From the NCBI GenBank assembly GCA_963662715.1, contig OY759724.1, positions 660,001 through 692,000 on the forward strand: 32,000 nucleotides of DNA, read 5' to 3'. Numbering within the stretch: position 1 is the stretch's first letter; every line of letters begins with the position of its first letter. Under the pieces are notes generated by a model. The model had not been told where the DNA came from. It did not search any database and saw only the letters and a program-made list of their open reading frames with translations. Source of the DNA: Candidatus Omnitrophota bacterium. Lineage in GTDB: Bacteria; Omnitrophota; Gorgyraeia; Zapsychrales; JANLHA01. Below are positions 6,323-15,645 of the stretch, one piece after another. A program made the translations under genes and the position numbers.

Positions 6323-8587
6323 TTATGGCGGTTCTGCAATCAGAGACTGAATATCATTGATATACTGTTTATGCAACAATTCCTGCGTCATAGCCTCCGC
6401 GCTTTTCAGATTTATCCGGGCCACCCCTTCCTGAATCTTAGACAAATGATGGGGATCCAGGCTGAATTTTCGGATACCTATTCCTAAAAAAAAGGCCGTG
6501 TACCGCTCATCCTGGGCCATTTGTCCGCAAATGGAGACATCTTTATTCCTGGCCTTTGCCGCTTCCACGATTCTCTTCAGGGATCTGATGATGGCCGGGT
6601 GATGGGGCAGGTATAAATCAGCGACTTTTTCGTTTGTCCGGTCAACAGCCAACATATACTGGATAAAATCATTCGTCCCGATACTGAAAAAATCGACAAA
6701 TTCGGTCAAGTCATCAATGATTTCCAGGACGGCAGGCAGCTCAATCATCATGCCGACTTCCGGGGACGGGTGATGGGGGCATCCGGCGCTTTCCAGCTCC
6801 TTTATCGTTTTCCGGACTTCCTCCTTCGCTTCAAGGAACTCTTCGACAGAAGAAATCATCGGGAACATAATCCTCAACCGGGCCTGCGTCCCGGCTCTCA
6901 AGATAGCCTTAAGCTGCTGCTGAAAGACCTCTTTATGGCGCAGAGAAAAACGGATGGAACGCATACCCAGGAAAGGGTTTTCCTCTTTCGCATAACAATA
7001 ATAAGATAAAACCTTATCCCCGCCGATGTCCAGAGTGCGAAAGGTGACCTCTTTCCCCTGCATATCATCCGCCAGCTTCTTATAAATGACGTACTGCTCT
7101 TCTTCGGTGGGCAAAGAAGACCTTATAATAAAAGGGAACTCCGTGCGGTAAAGGCCCACGCCTTCAGCCTGGTAGGCACAAGCTGTTTTCAAATCACTCA
7201 ATAAATTGATATTCGCCAGCAATGTCACCCGCTCTCCGTCCGCGGTCACTGTCTGCGCGCGGGTCGGGGGGGCCGAGGCTTTAAGCCGTGATCTGTCAGC
7301 CTCTTTTTGCCGCAAGGCTTTTAAGACATCTTCCTGGGGACTAATGAATATGTGGCCCTGTTCCCCGTCGATACAGATTTTTGTGTGGGGAGGCAAATGC
7401 AGGAGATCATCCTCATCGGTTATGATAAGGGGGATCTCCAGAGAAGCGGCCAAGATAGACAAATGCGACGTAACTCCTCCGCTTAAAAGAATCAAGCCTT
7501 TAATATTCTGGGAATATAATTTTAAGATTTCCGAAGGATACAATTCCTGGGCAATAACAATATGACTTTTGTAAAAATCGGCCCGTTCTTCCCCCTTCTC
7601 CAAGCACCCTAACAGCCTGAGGCCCACATCAAGAACATCGTATTTCTTTTCTTTCAGATAATCGTTCGGCAAGGATTCAAACATCGTCACATATCTTTTA
7701 ACCGCAACCATAATGGCTTGCCGCACAGGAACCTGCTGTTCAATCTGATGCTCGATGGAACGGATAAACTCCTCGTCTTTCAGCATTAAAAGCTGTGCGG
7801 TAAAAATAAGAGAAGCGACGTCTCCCAATTTTTCTTCGACTTGTTTTTGGGCTTTCTCTAATTGCGCTGTCGTCCGTTTTACCGCTTCATGAAAGTCGGC
7901 TATGGTCATCGTCTGACAGGAGAATGTCAAAGACATCTGAGACAGGGAGATGTCCCGTTCATACACAGCAGCCTCAGCGAAAGCAAACCCTTCAGCCCCC
8001 ACCCGCGCTTTAATAAACTTCAGCTGACTGGACTTTGCAGAGGCTGCCGGGGGCTGCCGGGGCGGCTCTTTCAACCCGGCTAAAATCTTCGTCATTTCCA
8101 GAGTATTCGCCAGCTGGGAGGCGATCACTTTACAGGCATTAATATCGGCATTTGTAAAATAATTCTTCTGCGAATTCTGAACGACAAGAACCCCGATCCG
8201 GGTCTGCCCCCTTAAAATAGGGACGCTCAGGAAGGACTCAAAAGGCTCCTCCCCTATTTCAGGAAAATATTTAAAAGAGTGATTCCCGCTTGCGTCCCGC
8301 TCACAAATAGGCCTCATTTCCTTCAGGGACAAACCGGTCAGCCCTTCCCCCAACTTAAGACGCACGTTTTTTGCCGCCTCTTTCTTTAACCCTTTGGTCG
8401 CCGTTAAAACGAGCTCTTGCTTTTCTTCGGAATACAGATAAATCGAACAAACATCAGTCTGCATATGGTCTGCCACCATTTCGACTGTCTTTTGGAGAAA
8501 GGCTTCCAGACTCGAGGCATCTGCAAAAAGGCCGGATAATTCACCGACATTACATAAAAGTTGTGAATGATCCCTTTTTTTAGACAT
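6323..8587 (-). CDS. ptsP: Phosphoenolpyruvate-protein phosphotransferase with N-terminal GAF domain (Enzyme I-Ntr type)
   Basis: GAF region (DVCSIYLY...LTATKGL). PEP-utiliser phospho-His motif GGVTSHLSILAASLEIPLI. C-terminal TIM-barrel motifs FFSIGTNDFIQYMLAVDRTN and SICGQMA. Start set at ATG 8587 (MSKKRDH); the track ORF start at 8680 lies inside the tRNA gene. Confidence 0.9.
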   Translation of the reverse strand: MSKKRDHSQLLCNVGELSGLFADASSLEAFLQKTVEMVADHMQTDVCSIYLYSEEKQELVLTATKGLKKEAAKNVRLKLGEGLTGLSLKEMRPICERDASGNHSFKYFPEIGEEPFESFLSVPILRGQTRIGVLVVQNSQKNYFTNADINACKVIASQLANTLEMTKILAGLKEPPRQPPAASAKSSQLKFIKARVGAEGFAFAEAAVYERDISLSQMSLTFSCQTMTIADFHEAVKRTTAQLEKAQKQVEEKLGDVASLIFTAQLLMLKDEEFIRSIEHQIEQQVPVRQAIMVAVKRYVTMFESLPNDYLKEKKYDVLDVGLRLLGCLEKGEERADFYKSHIVIAQELYPSEILKLYSQNIKGLILLSGGVTSHLSILAASLEIPLIITDEDDLLHLPPHTKICIDGEQGHIFISPQEDVLKALRQKEADRSRLKASAPPTRAQTVTADGERVTLLANINLLSDLKTACAYQAEGVGLYRTEFPFIIRSSLPTEEEQYVIYKKLADDMQGKEVTFRTLDIGGDKVLSYYCYAKEENPFLGMRSIRFSLRHKEVFQQQLKAILRAGTQARLRIMFPMISSVEEFLEAKEEVRKTIKELESAGCPHHPSPEVGMMIELPAVLEIIDDLTEFVDFFSIGTNDFIQYMLAVDRTNEKVADLYLPHHPAIIRSLKRIVEAAKARNKDVSICGQMAQDERYTAFFLGIGIRKFSLDPHHLSKIQEGVARINLKSAEAMTQELLHKQYINDIQSLIAEPP

Positions 8588-8618
8588 GATGAGGTCAAGA
8601 TGAGAATACAAAACAGGA

Positions 8619-8695
8619 TGGTCGGGGAGGAGGGATTCGAACCCTCGACCCCATGCTCCCAAAGCATGTGCGCTAGCCAACTGCGCTACTCCCCG
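8619..8695 (-). tRNA. tRNA-Pro (anticodon TGG), CCA encoded
   Basis: Minus-strand read: CGGGGAGTAGCGCAGTTGGCTAGCGCACATGCTTTGGGAGCATGGGGTCGAGGGTTCGAATCCCTCCTCCCCGACCA. It has a 7-bp acceptor stem, anticodon stem CATGC/GCATG with loop TTTGGGA, and T-loop GGTTCGAATCC. Confidence 0.93.
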
Positions 8696-8716
8696 AGTGC
8701 TTATCTCAAACGGGAT

Positions 8717-8745
8717 AGTATAACACGCTCCCTAAGTATTTGCAA
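8717..8745 (-). promoter_or_regulatory. Candidate promoter of tRNA-Pro (and probably ptsP)
   Basis: Minus strand: -35 TTGCAA (8745..8740), 17-nt spacer, -10 TATACT (8722..8717), about 20 nt upstream of the tRNA 5' end. Confidence 0.5.
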
Positions 8746-8788
8746 TCATTACTCCGGGACCTCTGCCCCCTTCTGGAATGCGATAAGC

Positions 8789-8816
8789 TTGTTAACCCCC
8801 GCTAATATGCTATAAT
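8789..8816 (+). promoter_or_regulatory. Candidate promoter of the AsmA-like gene, positioned to give a leaderless mRNA
   Basis: -35 TTGTTA (8789-8794), 16-nt spacer, consensus -10 TATAAT (8811-8816). ATG 8824 follows only 7 nt (atttttt) after the -10, with no SD. Confidence 0.5.
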
Positions 8817-8823
8817 ATTTTTT

Positions 8824-11800
8824 ATGATACGGAAGCCTTTTCTAATAATAGCTATCGTTCTCATAATGATTTTAGGAGGACTATATTATATTAATAATGT
8901 TTTCCTCCCGATTCAACTTAAAGAGCTCATCAATTCAAAGGCTCAAACAGCCCTCAAACGTGATATTGATTTTTCGCACATCAATTATCAGCCGTTCAGG
9001 GGCTTTGTGATTAAAAACATAACCATCTTCCGTAAAGATGCCCCGAATCTCCCGCTTATTCATATTAAGGAAGTCCGCTTTAATATCCTTTTTGCTCCTC
9101 TGCTCCAACGTCAGGAACTTGTCATCCCTTCCGTAACAATCAAGGAACCCTTCTTTCATCTTATCCGCTATCAAGACCAACAATGGAACTTCGCTGATCT
9201 GCTTCAGAAACCCGCGTCACAGAAGCAACAAAAAGGGCTCCGGCTGTTTCTAGGTAAAATTAAGATAGAAAAAGGACAAATCGAGACAGTAGATCTCCTG
9301 ACGGATCCGGCAGTGAAAATCCTGTTAAACAACATATTTCTCACCTGCAAATACTCATTAACAAAAAGACTCCTTGACTTTTCACTGAATTCTGAAATAT
9401 ATACGGCCCAATCCACCTTTTCTTCCAAAGGGACCTTGCAGTTACCTGATAAAAAACTTCAAACCCAATTGAAAGCGAAAAATATTGACCTGATCCCGCT
9501 GCTGAAAATGTTTTATCACAACGAGCATATAATTTTATCAAAAGCAGATATTTCACAGGCGGATATATCGATCGCGACCCATTCAAAAGGGGCCTGGAAG
9601 ATCAAAGGGGATTTTTCGGGAAAAACCAATGCCCAATTCAACACAAAGAATTTCAAGAACGACTTTTCCGTCCAGGGATCGGATATCTTTTACGACGGGG
9701 AAAATTATAAATTTCAAGGGAAAATTTCTCTCAACAAGGCCGAGCTTGAAGAGGACGGAATAAAAATTGCCCAGGGCAACTTGCTCTTAAAAGCCAATCA
9801 GATCATTTTCCTCCCGGCCAAGAATGCCGTGGATATTAAAGGCCACCTTCAGATGACTCCCGTCTATATTAACCCGAACACAACTTTTTCCCTATCGGCC
9901 GGGGGATTGGATATTGCTGAATTACATTATCTGAGATCAAAACAGGCGCAGCTTTTGACAGGAGAACTGTCCTTACAGCAATGCAAAGTCATTTCGGACG
10001 CCCATTCATTCAAATTTGACAGTCTCCAGTCCCCCTTTGTTCTTAATCAGGGAAACCGAAAAATGGACGTGACCTTGTCGTCCCCGTCCATCAAAAAGGC
10101 CGACCTTCTAGTTTCAAAAAAATCATTTCTGGCTGAAGAGATCAACCTTAAAGAGTCCGTGCTGAGAATCGTTGGCTCGGACACGACGTTCAAGACAGCC
10201 TTACATGCCGTAAATATGAAAGCCGCGTTAACCGAAACCGTACAGTTTATAGGGAATCCATCGGCGGAACTGACAATTCAACACTTTCCGGCTGACATAG
10301 AGCCCTGGAGTTATGTCGGGGCCCTGCAATTCTCCAATGACAGGATTGTTGGGATCAACAAAGTTGGGGAAATCAAGGATATCAGCGGGTACATCAAATT
10401 CACCCAGGACAGGCTTAAGACGCCCCAGCTCACTTTTGTAGCTAAGGACACCCAAGTGACTCTTTCCGGATCGATGAGCAACTTCAGCAATCCGTATCTC
10501 GGGATCGTGTTAAGCGCAGAAAGTTTTGATTTAAGTCAATTAAACACTCTCTTTGCCGATAAACTTCAAGAGCTTCAAATCGTTCCGAAAGGGCGCGCTG
10601 CCGTCGAGTTATCCTTCACCGGACAGGCCCTGTATCCCAAAGACGCTCAGCTCGAAGTCAATGCGGAATTGGATGACGTTGAAGTGATTTCCGCCAAACT
10701 CCCAGCGCCTGTCACTCACATGAGCGGATATATTCAATATATGAATAATTACCTGTCGTGGAAAAATCTAACCGGAAATTTTTATGGAAAAACTTATTCA
10801 TTAACCGGGGAGTTCAGAGACTTCCAACAGCCTCTCATCACGACACAAGTAACGTCCGAGGACGTTCAAGCCTTGGTTAAATTAAATATTGATCAGCAAA
10901 AAATCAATATTGATACCCTTAAGGGGAATTATTACAATTCGGTATTTGATATTTTTGGAGAAGCTGATTTACAGGAATCAGGTCCTCCCCAATTCACTCT
11001 CAAAGGGGCCTTCTCCATCGACCTGGATGATATTCAACATTTGTCCCCCGGGATCAGAGAAAAAATTGACCCCTTCGGGCTCCACGGCATCCTTTCCGTC
11101 AAATGCCTGTTCCAGGGAGATATCAACACCTGGAAAACAGGCATCATCAGCCTCAATGCCTCCGGCCCAAAACTTTCCGTAAAAGGCTACTCATTAAATA
11201 AATTGAACCTTCTCTATCAACGGACAAAATCTTTTCAAAGCAAACTCACCGTATCCGCTTCCCTCTACGGCGGCGACATGAAAGTCACATCTTTGAGCAA
11301 TATCAATAATGCTCTGCTCCCCAGCAAAGTGTCCCTATTGTTAACCGATCTGAATCTCGCCCAAATAAGCAAAGATGCCCAATGGAAGAAGAAAGATCTT
11401 TCCGGGACCCTTTCCCTGCAACTGCAGGCCGAGGGGCCGCTGCTGCAGACCGAAAACATAACGGGCCAGGGTTCAATTTCAATCCTCAACGGTGAAATAT
11501 GGACTCTGAGCCTGCTGAAAGGCCTGGGAAAACTTTTGTTTATCCCGGAATTTGAAGGTGTGGTGTTTACGAAAGGCTCAGCTGATTTCAACATTCGCGA
11601 CAACAGGATCTCGACACAGAATCTTTTGCTGATCAGCAAATCCATGGAAATGCGCGGGAAAGGATGGATAGACAAGAAAAAAAATATTCAAATGGACGTT
11701 AATCCGAAATTCTACGAAACAGAAATCCTGCGATCAGAATCACTCAAAAAACTCCCCACAGCCATTATCAGCCAGGCGGACAACTACATGAACATAAAAA

Positions 11801-11967
11801 TATCAGGAAGCCTGGATAAACCTCAGTTTCATATCGACACGTCTCCGATCAGCGTTATTAAAAAAACGGCGGATGTCCTTATCGAAGGCACAACGGACAT
11901 TCTCATGGAAGGCATGCAAAGCACGGTTGAGGGTGTTCAGGGTATCGTGGAAGATATCCTGCAATAG
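8824..11967 (+). CDS. AsmA-family / TamB-like large envelope protein
   Basis: 1047 aa. Single N-terminal TM (FLIIAIVLIMILGGLYYI), then a long beta-rich body. The C-terminal AsmA_2-like ending is MEMRGKGWID...MNIKISGSLDKPQFHID. Confidence 0.7.
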   Translation: MIRKPFLIIAIVLIMILGGLYYINNVFLPIQLKELINSKAQTALKRDIDFSHINYQPFRGFVIKNITIFRKDAPNLPLIHIKEVRFNILFAPLLQRQELVIPSVTIKEPFFHLIRYQDQQWNFADLLQKPASQKQQKGLRLFLGKIKIEKGQIETVDLLTDPAVKILLNNIFLTCKYSLTKRLLDFSLNSEIYTAQSTFSSKGTLQLPDKKLQTQLKAKNIDLIPLLKMFYHNEHIILSKADISQADISIATHSKGAWKIKGDFSGKTNAQFNTKNFKNDFSVQGSDIFYDGENYKFQGKISLNKAELEEDGIKIAQGNLLLKANQIIFLPAKNAVDIKGHLQMTPVYINPNTTFSLSAGGLDIAELHYLRSKQAQLLTGELSLQQCKVISDAHSFKFDSLQSPFVLNQGNRKMDVTLSSPSIKKADLLVSKKSFLAEEINLKESVLRIVGSDTTFKTALHAVNMKAALTETVQFIGNPSAELTIQHFPADIEPWSYVGALQFSNDRIVGINKVGEIKDISGYIKFTQDRLKTPQLTFVAKDTQVTLSGSMSNFSNPYLGIVLSAESFDLSQLNTLFADKLQELQIVPKGRAAVELSFTGQALYPKDAQLEVNAELDDVEVISAKLPAPVTHMSGYIQYMNNYLSWKNLTGNFYGKTYSLTGEFRDFQQPLITTQVTSEDVQALVKLNIDQQKINIDTLKGNYYNSVFDIFGEADLQESGPPQFTLKGAFSIDLDDIQHLSPGIREKIDPFGLHGILSVKCLFQGDINTWKTGIISLNASGPKLSVKGYSLNKLNLLYQRTKSFQSKLTVSASLYGGDMKVTSLSNINNALLPSKVSLLLTDLNLAQISKDAQWKKKDLSGTLSLQLQAEGPLLQTENITGQGSISILNGEIWTLSLLKGLGKLLFIPEFEGVVFTKGSADFNIRDNRISTQNLLLISKSMEMRGKGWIDKKKNIQMDVNPKFYETEILRSESLKKLPTAIISQADNYMNIKISGSLDKPQFHIDTSPISVIKKTADVLIEGTTDILMEGMQSTVEGVQGIVEDILQ

Positions 11968-12013
11968 TCCCCGGGCAGGAAACCGCCCCCCCGACAACAA
12001 AAACGGCAAGCGT

Positions 12014-12610
12014 TTAGCCCAAGTATTTTTCCAGCAAGACTCTGAATTTCTTCAAAGCTTTCGCCCGATGACTGATCCGGGCTTTTACGGCAGGGTCCAG
12101 CTCCCCGAATGTTTTGAGATACCGGGGAATCATAAAAAGAGGGTCATAACCGAAGCCATTAGTCCCTTTTAGGCCTTCAGAAATCAGGCCCGGGCAGGTG
12201 CCCGAGACAACATCAATCACCCCCTTTTTATCTGCCAAAGCAATACAACAGCGATACCGGGCGGTCCTTTCTTGCAAGGGCACCCCTTTTAAAAGCCTCA
12301 GAACTTTTAAATTATTTTTCCGGTCATCGGCTTTCGGCCCGGAAAACCGGGCTGAATAAACGCCGGGCCGGTTATCCAAAGCCGTGATTTCCAACCCGGA
12401 GTCTTCTCCCATCGTTAGCGTCCCGGTAAAGGTCGCAATCGTTATGGCCTTTTTAACAGCATTACTGCGGAAAGTTGTCCCGTCCTCAACGATGGCCGGC
12501 AGTCCCTGATAATCAGCCAGAGATGTCATGCGGACAGGCATATCTTTTAACAGGTCCTGTATTTCCACCAGTTTCCCTTTATTTTTTGTCGCGATAAGCA
12601 ATTCTTGCAT
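12014..12610 (-). CDS. rdgB: dITP/XTP pyrophosphatase (Ham1/RdgB family)
   Basis: MQELLIATKNKGKLVEI..., GEDSGLEI, FGYDPLF, SHRAKAL. Start moved to ATG 12610 because the track start at 12667 would overlap rph. Confidence 0.9.
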   Translation of the reverse strand: MQELLIATKNKGKLVEIQDLLKDMPVRMTSLADYQGLPAIVEDGTTFRSNAVKKAITIATFTGTLTMGEDSGLEITALDNRPGVYSARFSGPKADDRKNNLKVLRLLKGVPLQERTARYRCCIALADKKGVIDVVSGTCPGLISEGLKGTNGFGYDPLFMIPRYLKTFGELDPAVKARISHRAKALKKFRVLLEKYLG

Positions 12611-12644
12611 CCTAAAATCCTTCCCGGAATAAATACAGCGGAAG

Positions 12645-13370
12645 TTAGAGTTCTTGTAAAAAGACAAGGGGGTCTAACTGCTGTTTCTGCATCTTTATCA
12701 GATCCCGGATACCTTTACGGGCCAGTTTTAAAAGCTGGTCATATTGATCCTGGGAAAAGGGCTGGCCTTCCGCCGTCCCCTGAATTTCCACAAAAAGCCC
12801 CTGCCCGAGCATCACAACATTCATATCCATCCCGGCACGGGAATCTTCCTGATAGCACAGATCCAATAATAATTTTTCCTCAACGATTCCGACGCTTACA
12901 GCCGCCACATAATCGAGCAACGGAACAGCCTTTAACATTTTGCGTTTCTTCAGATGTTTTAATGCAAGAGCCAAAGCGATAAAGCCGCCGGTAATAGCCG
13001 CCGTTCTCGTTCCCCCATCCGCCTGAATGACATCGCAATCGACTTTCACCGTCCGTTCCCCCAACCGGCCTAAATCAACGACCGAACGCAGAGACCGGCC
13101 GATCAAGCGTTGAATTTCATAAGTCCGGCCACTGGTCACATTGCGTTTGATGCGCGTTGAACAGGAACGCGGCAGCATCCCGTACTCAGCGGTAACCCAG
13201 CCCTGCCCAGAATTCTTTAAGAACCCCGGGACAGATTCTTCGACGCTTGCCGTACACAAAACACGCGTCTGGCCGAATTCCATCAAACAGCACCCTTCCG
13301 CATATTTCGTGTAATTCTTGGTCACTTTAATCCTGCGCAATTGATTGCGGGAACGTCCGTCAGGTCTCAT
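12645..13370 (-). CDS. rph: Ribonuclease PH
   Basis: [16 protein letters not shown]...[19 protein letters not shown]...[26 protein letters not shown] upstream. Confidence 0.95.
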   Translation of the reverse strand: MRPDGRSRNQLRRIKVTKNYTKYAEGCCLMEFGQTRVLCTASVEESVPGFLKNSGQGWVTAEYGMLPRSCSTRIKRNVTSGRTYEIQRLIGRSLRSVVDLGRLGERTVKVDCDVIQADGGTRTAAITGGFIALALALKHLKKRKMLKAVPLLDYVAAVSVGIVEEKLLLDLCYQEDSRAGMDMNVVMLGQGLFVEIQGTAEGQPFSQDQYDQLLKLARKGIRDLIKMQKQQLDPLVFLQEL

Positions 13371-13405
13371 GTTCTCCCCTTTTTTAATAAATATCTCGAC
13401 ATGGC

Positions 13406-13810
13406 TTATTTCTTCGGACCCCGGTATTCTGCCCTAACGGTTGTCGTAATACCGCCGCGGGGGTTCATTACGGCTTCAACCGTTGCCCAGCGAGGCTGGC
13501 AGGCTTTGACAATGTCATCCAGTATTCTGTTGACAAGATGTTCATGAAATATCCCGATATCACGAAAAGCGACAATATACATCTTAAATGATTTCAATTC
13601 CAGGCACCACCGGCGGGGCGAATAAGAAACTTGTATCACGGCAAAGTCCGGCAACCCGGTCTTGGGGCAGATGCAGGTAAATTCCGGGACCTCAAGGTCG
13701 ACCGTATATGTCCGGTTGGAATACTGATTTTCCCAGACCTCAATATCCGGAAGCGCCATGTTTCTGACACGGCCTTGCAATCCTTCGTAGGAACTTTTTT
13801 TCTTTTTCAT
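13406..13810 (-). CDS. queF: NADPH-dependent 7-cyano-7-deazaguanine (preQ0) reductase, type I
   Basis: Catalytic Cys context [13 protein letters not shown] and QueF motif ELKSFKMY. 134 aa. Confidence 0.9.
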   Translation of the reverse strand: MKKKKSSYEGLQGRVRNMALPDIEVWENQYSNRTYTVDLEVPEFTCICPKTGLPDFAVIQVSYSPRRWCLELKSFKMYIVAFRDIGIFHEHLVNRILDDIVKACQPRWATVEAVMNPRGGITTTVRAEYRGPKK

Positions 13811-13832
13811 AACATCCTCTCGATCAATTATT

Positions 13833-14537
13833 TTAACGCAAATTCATCAACTTATGCCATTGAGGCAGAACTTTGACATTCGGAAGAAATTTCAGGCAAT
13901 AATTTTGATAGTCCATGCATTTCTTTATAATATTCTTTTCCAGCTCCATCATATTCGGCTGGAGGATCAAACACAAATCCATGTCGATACGGGCCAGCAA
14001 TTCAACGGCCTGTGTTATATCATGCTTCACCGTTGTTTCCGACACAACGGCTTTCACAAAAACATCCGCCTTCCCTTTCTGCAAAGCAAGCTTTAAAAAC
14101 TGTTCATGGGCCTGCCAATGCTCCTGGCCCCGGGTTGAACTTGGCAGCTTAAAGTCCATGGCAATAAAATCCAGGTCCGCAACAATCCGGCCCAATTCCT
14201 GAAAAAGCGTTCCATTGGTGTCTAAATAAAGCGGCATACCCGCTTTCTTTAGTTTTGGAATCAAATTCTGCAGGAAAGGGACCTGCAGCAGCGGCTCCCC
14301 CCCCGTCAGACTGACAGAATGACAATTTTCCCATAATTCCATCACGCGCAGAAAGACATCCTCCACGTCCATCTCCGGGGCGGTAAGAACGGTTTCCGAC
14401 AATGATTGCGGAGTGTCACACCACACACAATTCAGATTACAGTCAAAAAACCTCACGAAGACCTGTTTCAGCCCTGCATAGGGACCTTCCCCCTGCAAGG
14501 ACGAAAATATCTCTGTAACTTTCGCTTTTGAACTCAT
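13833..14537 (-). CDS. queE: 7-carboxy-7-deazaguanine synthase (radical SAM)
   Basis: EIFSSLQGEGPYAGLKQVFVRFFDCNLNCVWCDT. ATG 14537 overlaps the queC stop (ATGA, 14534-14537); the upstream extension in the track ORF is rejected. Confidence 0.9.
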   Translation of the reverse strand: MSSKAKVTEIFSSLQGEGPYAGLKQVFVRFFDCNLNCVWCDTPQSLSETVLTAPEMDVEDVFLRVMELWENCHSVSLTGGEPLLQVPFLQNLIPKLKKAGMPLYLDTNGTLFQELGRIVADLDFIAMDFKLPSSTRGQEHWQAHEQFLKLALQKGKADVFVKAVVSETTVKHDITQAVELLARIDMDLCLILQPNMMELEKNIIKKCMDYQNYCLKFLPNVKVLPQWHKLMNLR

Positions 14538-15277
14538 GACCGTTTTCTCTTGGATAACATTAACGGGTCCAGTAATCCCATGTCCTGAAACCCTTTCATA
14601 CGCAGGCAGCAACTGTCACACTTACCGCAAGGAAGCCGTCCGCCCTTATAACATGACCAGGTGAACTGGAAAGGGACCTGCAGCTGCAGGCCCAAATGAA
14701 TAATCTGGGCTTTGGTCATATGAATTAAAGGTGTCTTGATTTTGATAGCCTTCTTTTCAACCCCGGACTTTAGACCAGATCTTAACACCCGGCTGAAAGC
14801 CGAATAAAATTCCGGACGGCAGTCCGGGTATCCCGAATAGTCTATCGCATTAGCTCCTATAAAGATAACCCTGGCCCCGACAGTCTCCGCAAAAGAAGCG
14901 GCAAAGCTTAAAAAGATGATGTTCCGGGCAGGGACATAGGTCGAGGGGATATCCCGGGGGGAGATGGTCCGGTGTTGAGGAAGCGGCACATTTTTATCAA
15001 GTAAAGCCGATCCCTTCCAAGGGAATGTTATACGAACAATCTTTTGAGGGCTTTGAGTCAGCCGGGCTAATTTTTGCGCCTGTTGAATTTCTTTGCGGTG
15101 GCGCTGCCCGTAATGAAAAATAAGGCAATGGGTATGGTACCCTTGTTTTTTTGCCAAAAAGAGTGTCGTGGCAGAATCTAAGCCCCCCGAGAGCAGGACA
15201 ACGGCTCTCTTGGACGGTTGGGAAGAAAGGACGGCTTTACGGGGCGTACGGCGCGAAGATGTTCTCTTTTTATTCAT
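14534..15277 (-). CDS. queC: 7-cyano-7-deazaguanine synthase
   Basis: VVLLSGGLDSATT PP-loop, HYGQRH, C-terminal Zn cluster CYKGGRLPCGKCDSCCLR. ATG 15277 overlaps the queD end by 8 nt; GTG 15289 is the alternative start. Confidence 0.9.
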   Translation of the reverse strand: MNKKRTSSRRTPRKAVLSSQPSKRAVVLLSGGLDSATTLFLAKKQGYHTHCLIFHYGQRHRKEIQQAQKLARLTQSPQKIVRITFPWKGSALLDKNVPLPQHRTISPRDIPSTYVPARNIIFLSFAASFAETVGARVIFIGANAIDYSGYPDCRPEFYSAFSRVLRSGLKSGVEKKAIKIKTPLIHMTKAQIIHLGLQLQVPFQFTWSCYKGGRLPCGKCDSCCLRMKGFQDMGLLDPLMLSKRKRS

Positions 15278-15632
15278 AATAGGTGACACTGGCTTTGTCC
15301 GACTCCCAAATTCTTACTCTGATAATTTTAAACGGTTCGCAGTCCTTGGTAAATTCCCTGTAAATATATTGTGCAAGGTTTTCCGTTGTCGGATTCTTCG
15401 CCTGAAAAACGGGAAGGTCGTTCAGGCAGCCGTGGTCCAGTTCTTTTAAGAAAGCGTTGAGTTTTGCTCTGAGTTCCTTAAAATCCATAACCAAACCTAT
15501 ATCATTGGTGGCCTCCGCCTGAATTGTCACCTCCAGTTTCCAGGTATGTCCGTGAAGATCTTTACACGAACCGTCGTATCCCTGCAGGAAGTGAGCGGCA
15601 GCAAAATCTCCCCCGATTGTCAACTCATACAT
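15270..15632 (-). CDS. queD: 6-carboxy-5,6,7,8-tetrahydropterin synthase
   Basis: 120 aa. AAHFL...CKDLHGHTWKLEVT (Zn-binding His triad region). SD GAGG upstream. Confidence 0.9.
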   Translation of the reverse strand: MYELTIGGDFAAAHFLQGYDGSCKDLHGHTWKLEVTIQAEATNDIGLVMDFKELRAKLNAFLKELDHGCLNDLPVFQAKNPTTENLAQYIYREFTKDCEPFKIIRVRIWESDKASVTYYE

Positions 15633-15645
15633 AATGTAAACCTCG

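Noticed and set aside
8588-8680. N-terminal 31 codons of track ORF 6323..8680, and small ORFs 8404..8667(-) and 8567..8815(+)
   Set aside because: They run through the tRNA-Pro gene (8619-8695). The ptsP homology begins at MSKKRDH (ATG 8587).
8619-8695. tRNA-Pro as an integration hotspot, or a genomic island boundary
   Set aside because: There is no integrase, no direct repeat of the tRNA 3' end and no mobile-element gene anywhere in the window.
11968-12013. Possible terminator in the convergent AsmA-like / rdgB spacer
   Set aside because: The spacer is G/C-rich, but I could find only 4-bp complementary segments and no credible hairpin plus U-tract on either strand.
12611-12667. Upstream extensions of rdgB (to 12667), queE (to 14612), the secretin (to 19649), the PilO-like gene (to 20868), the GspJ-like gene (to 24282) and gspG (to 25800)
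   Set aside because: Each extension overlaps the preceding gene by 20-90 nt and adds sequence not expected for the family. Internal ATGs with stop/start coupling or an SD give canonical N-termini.
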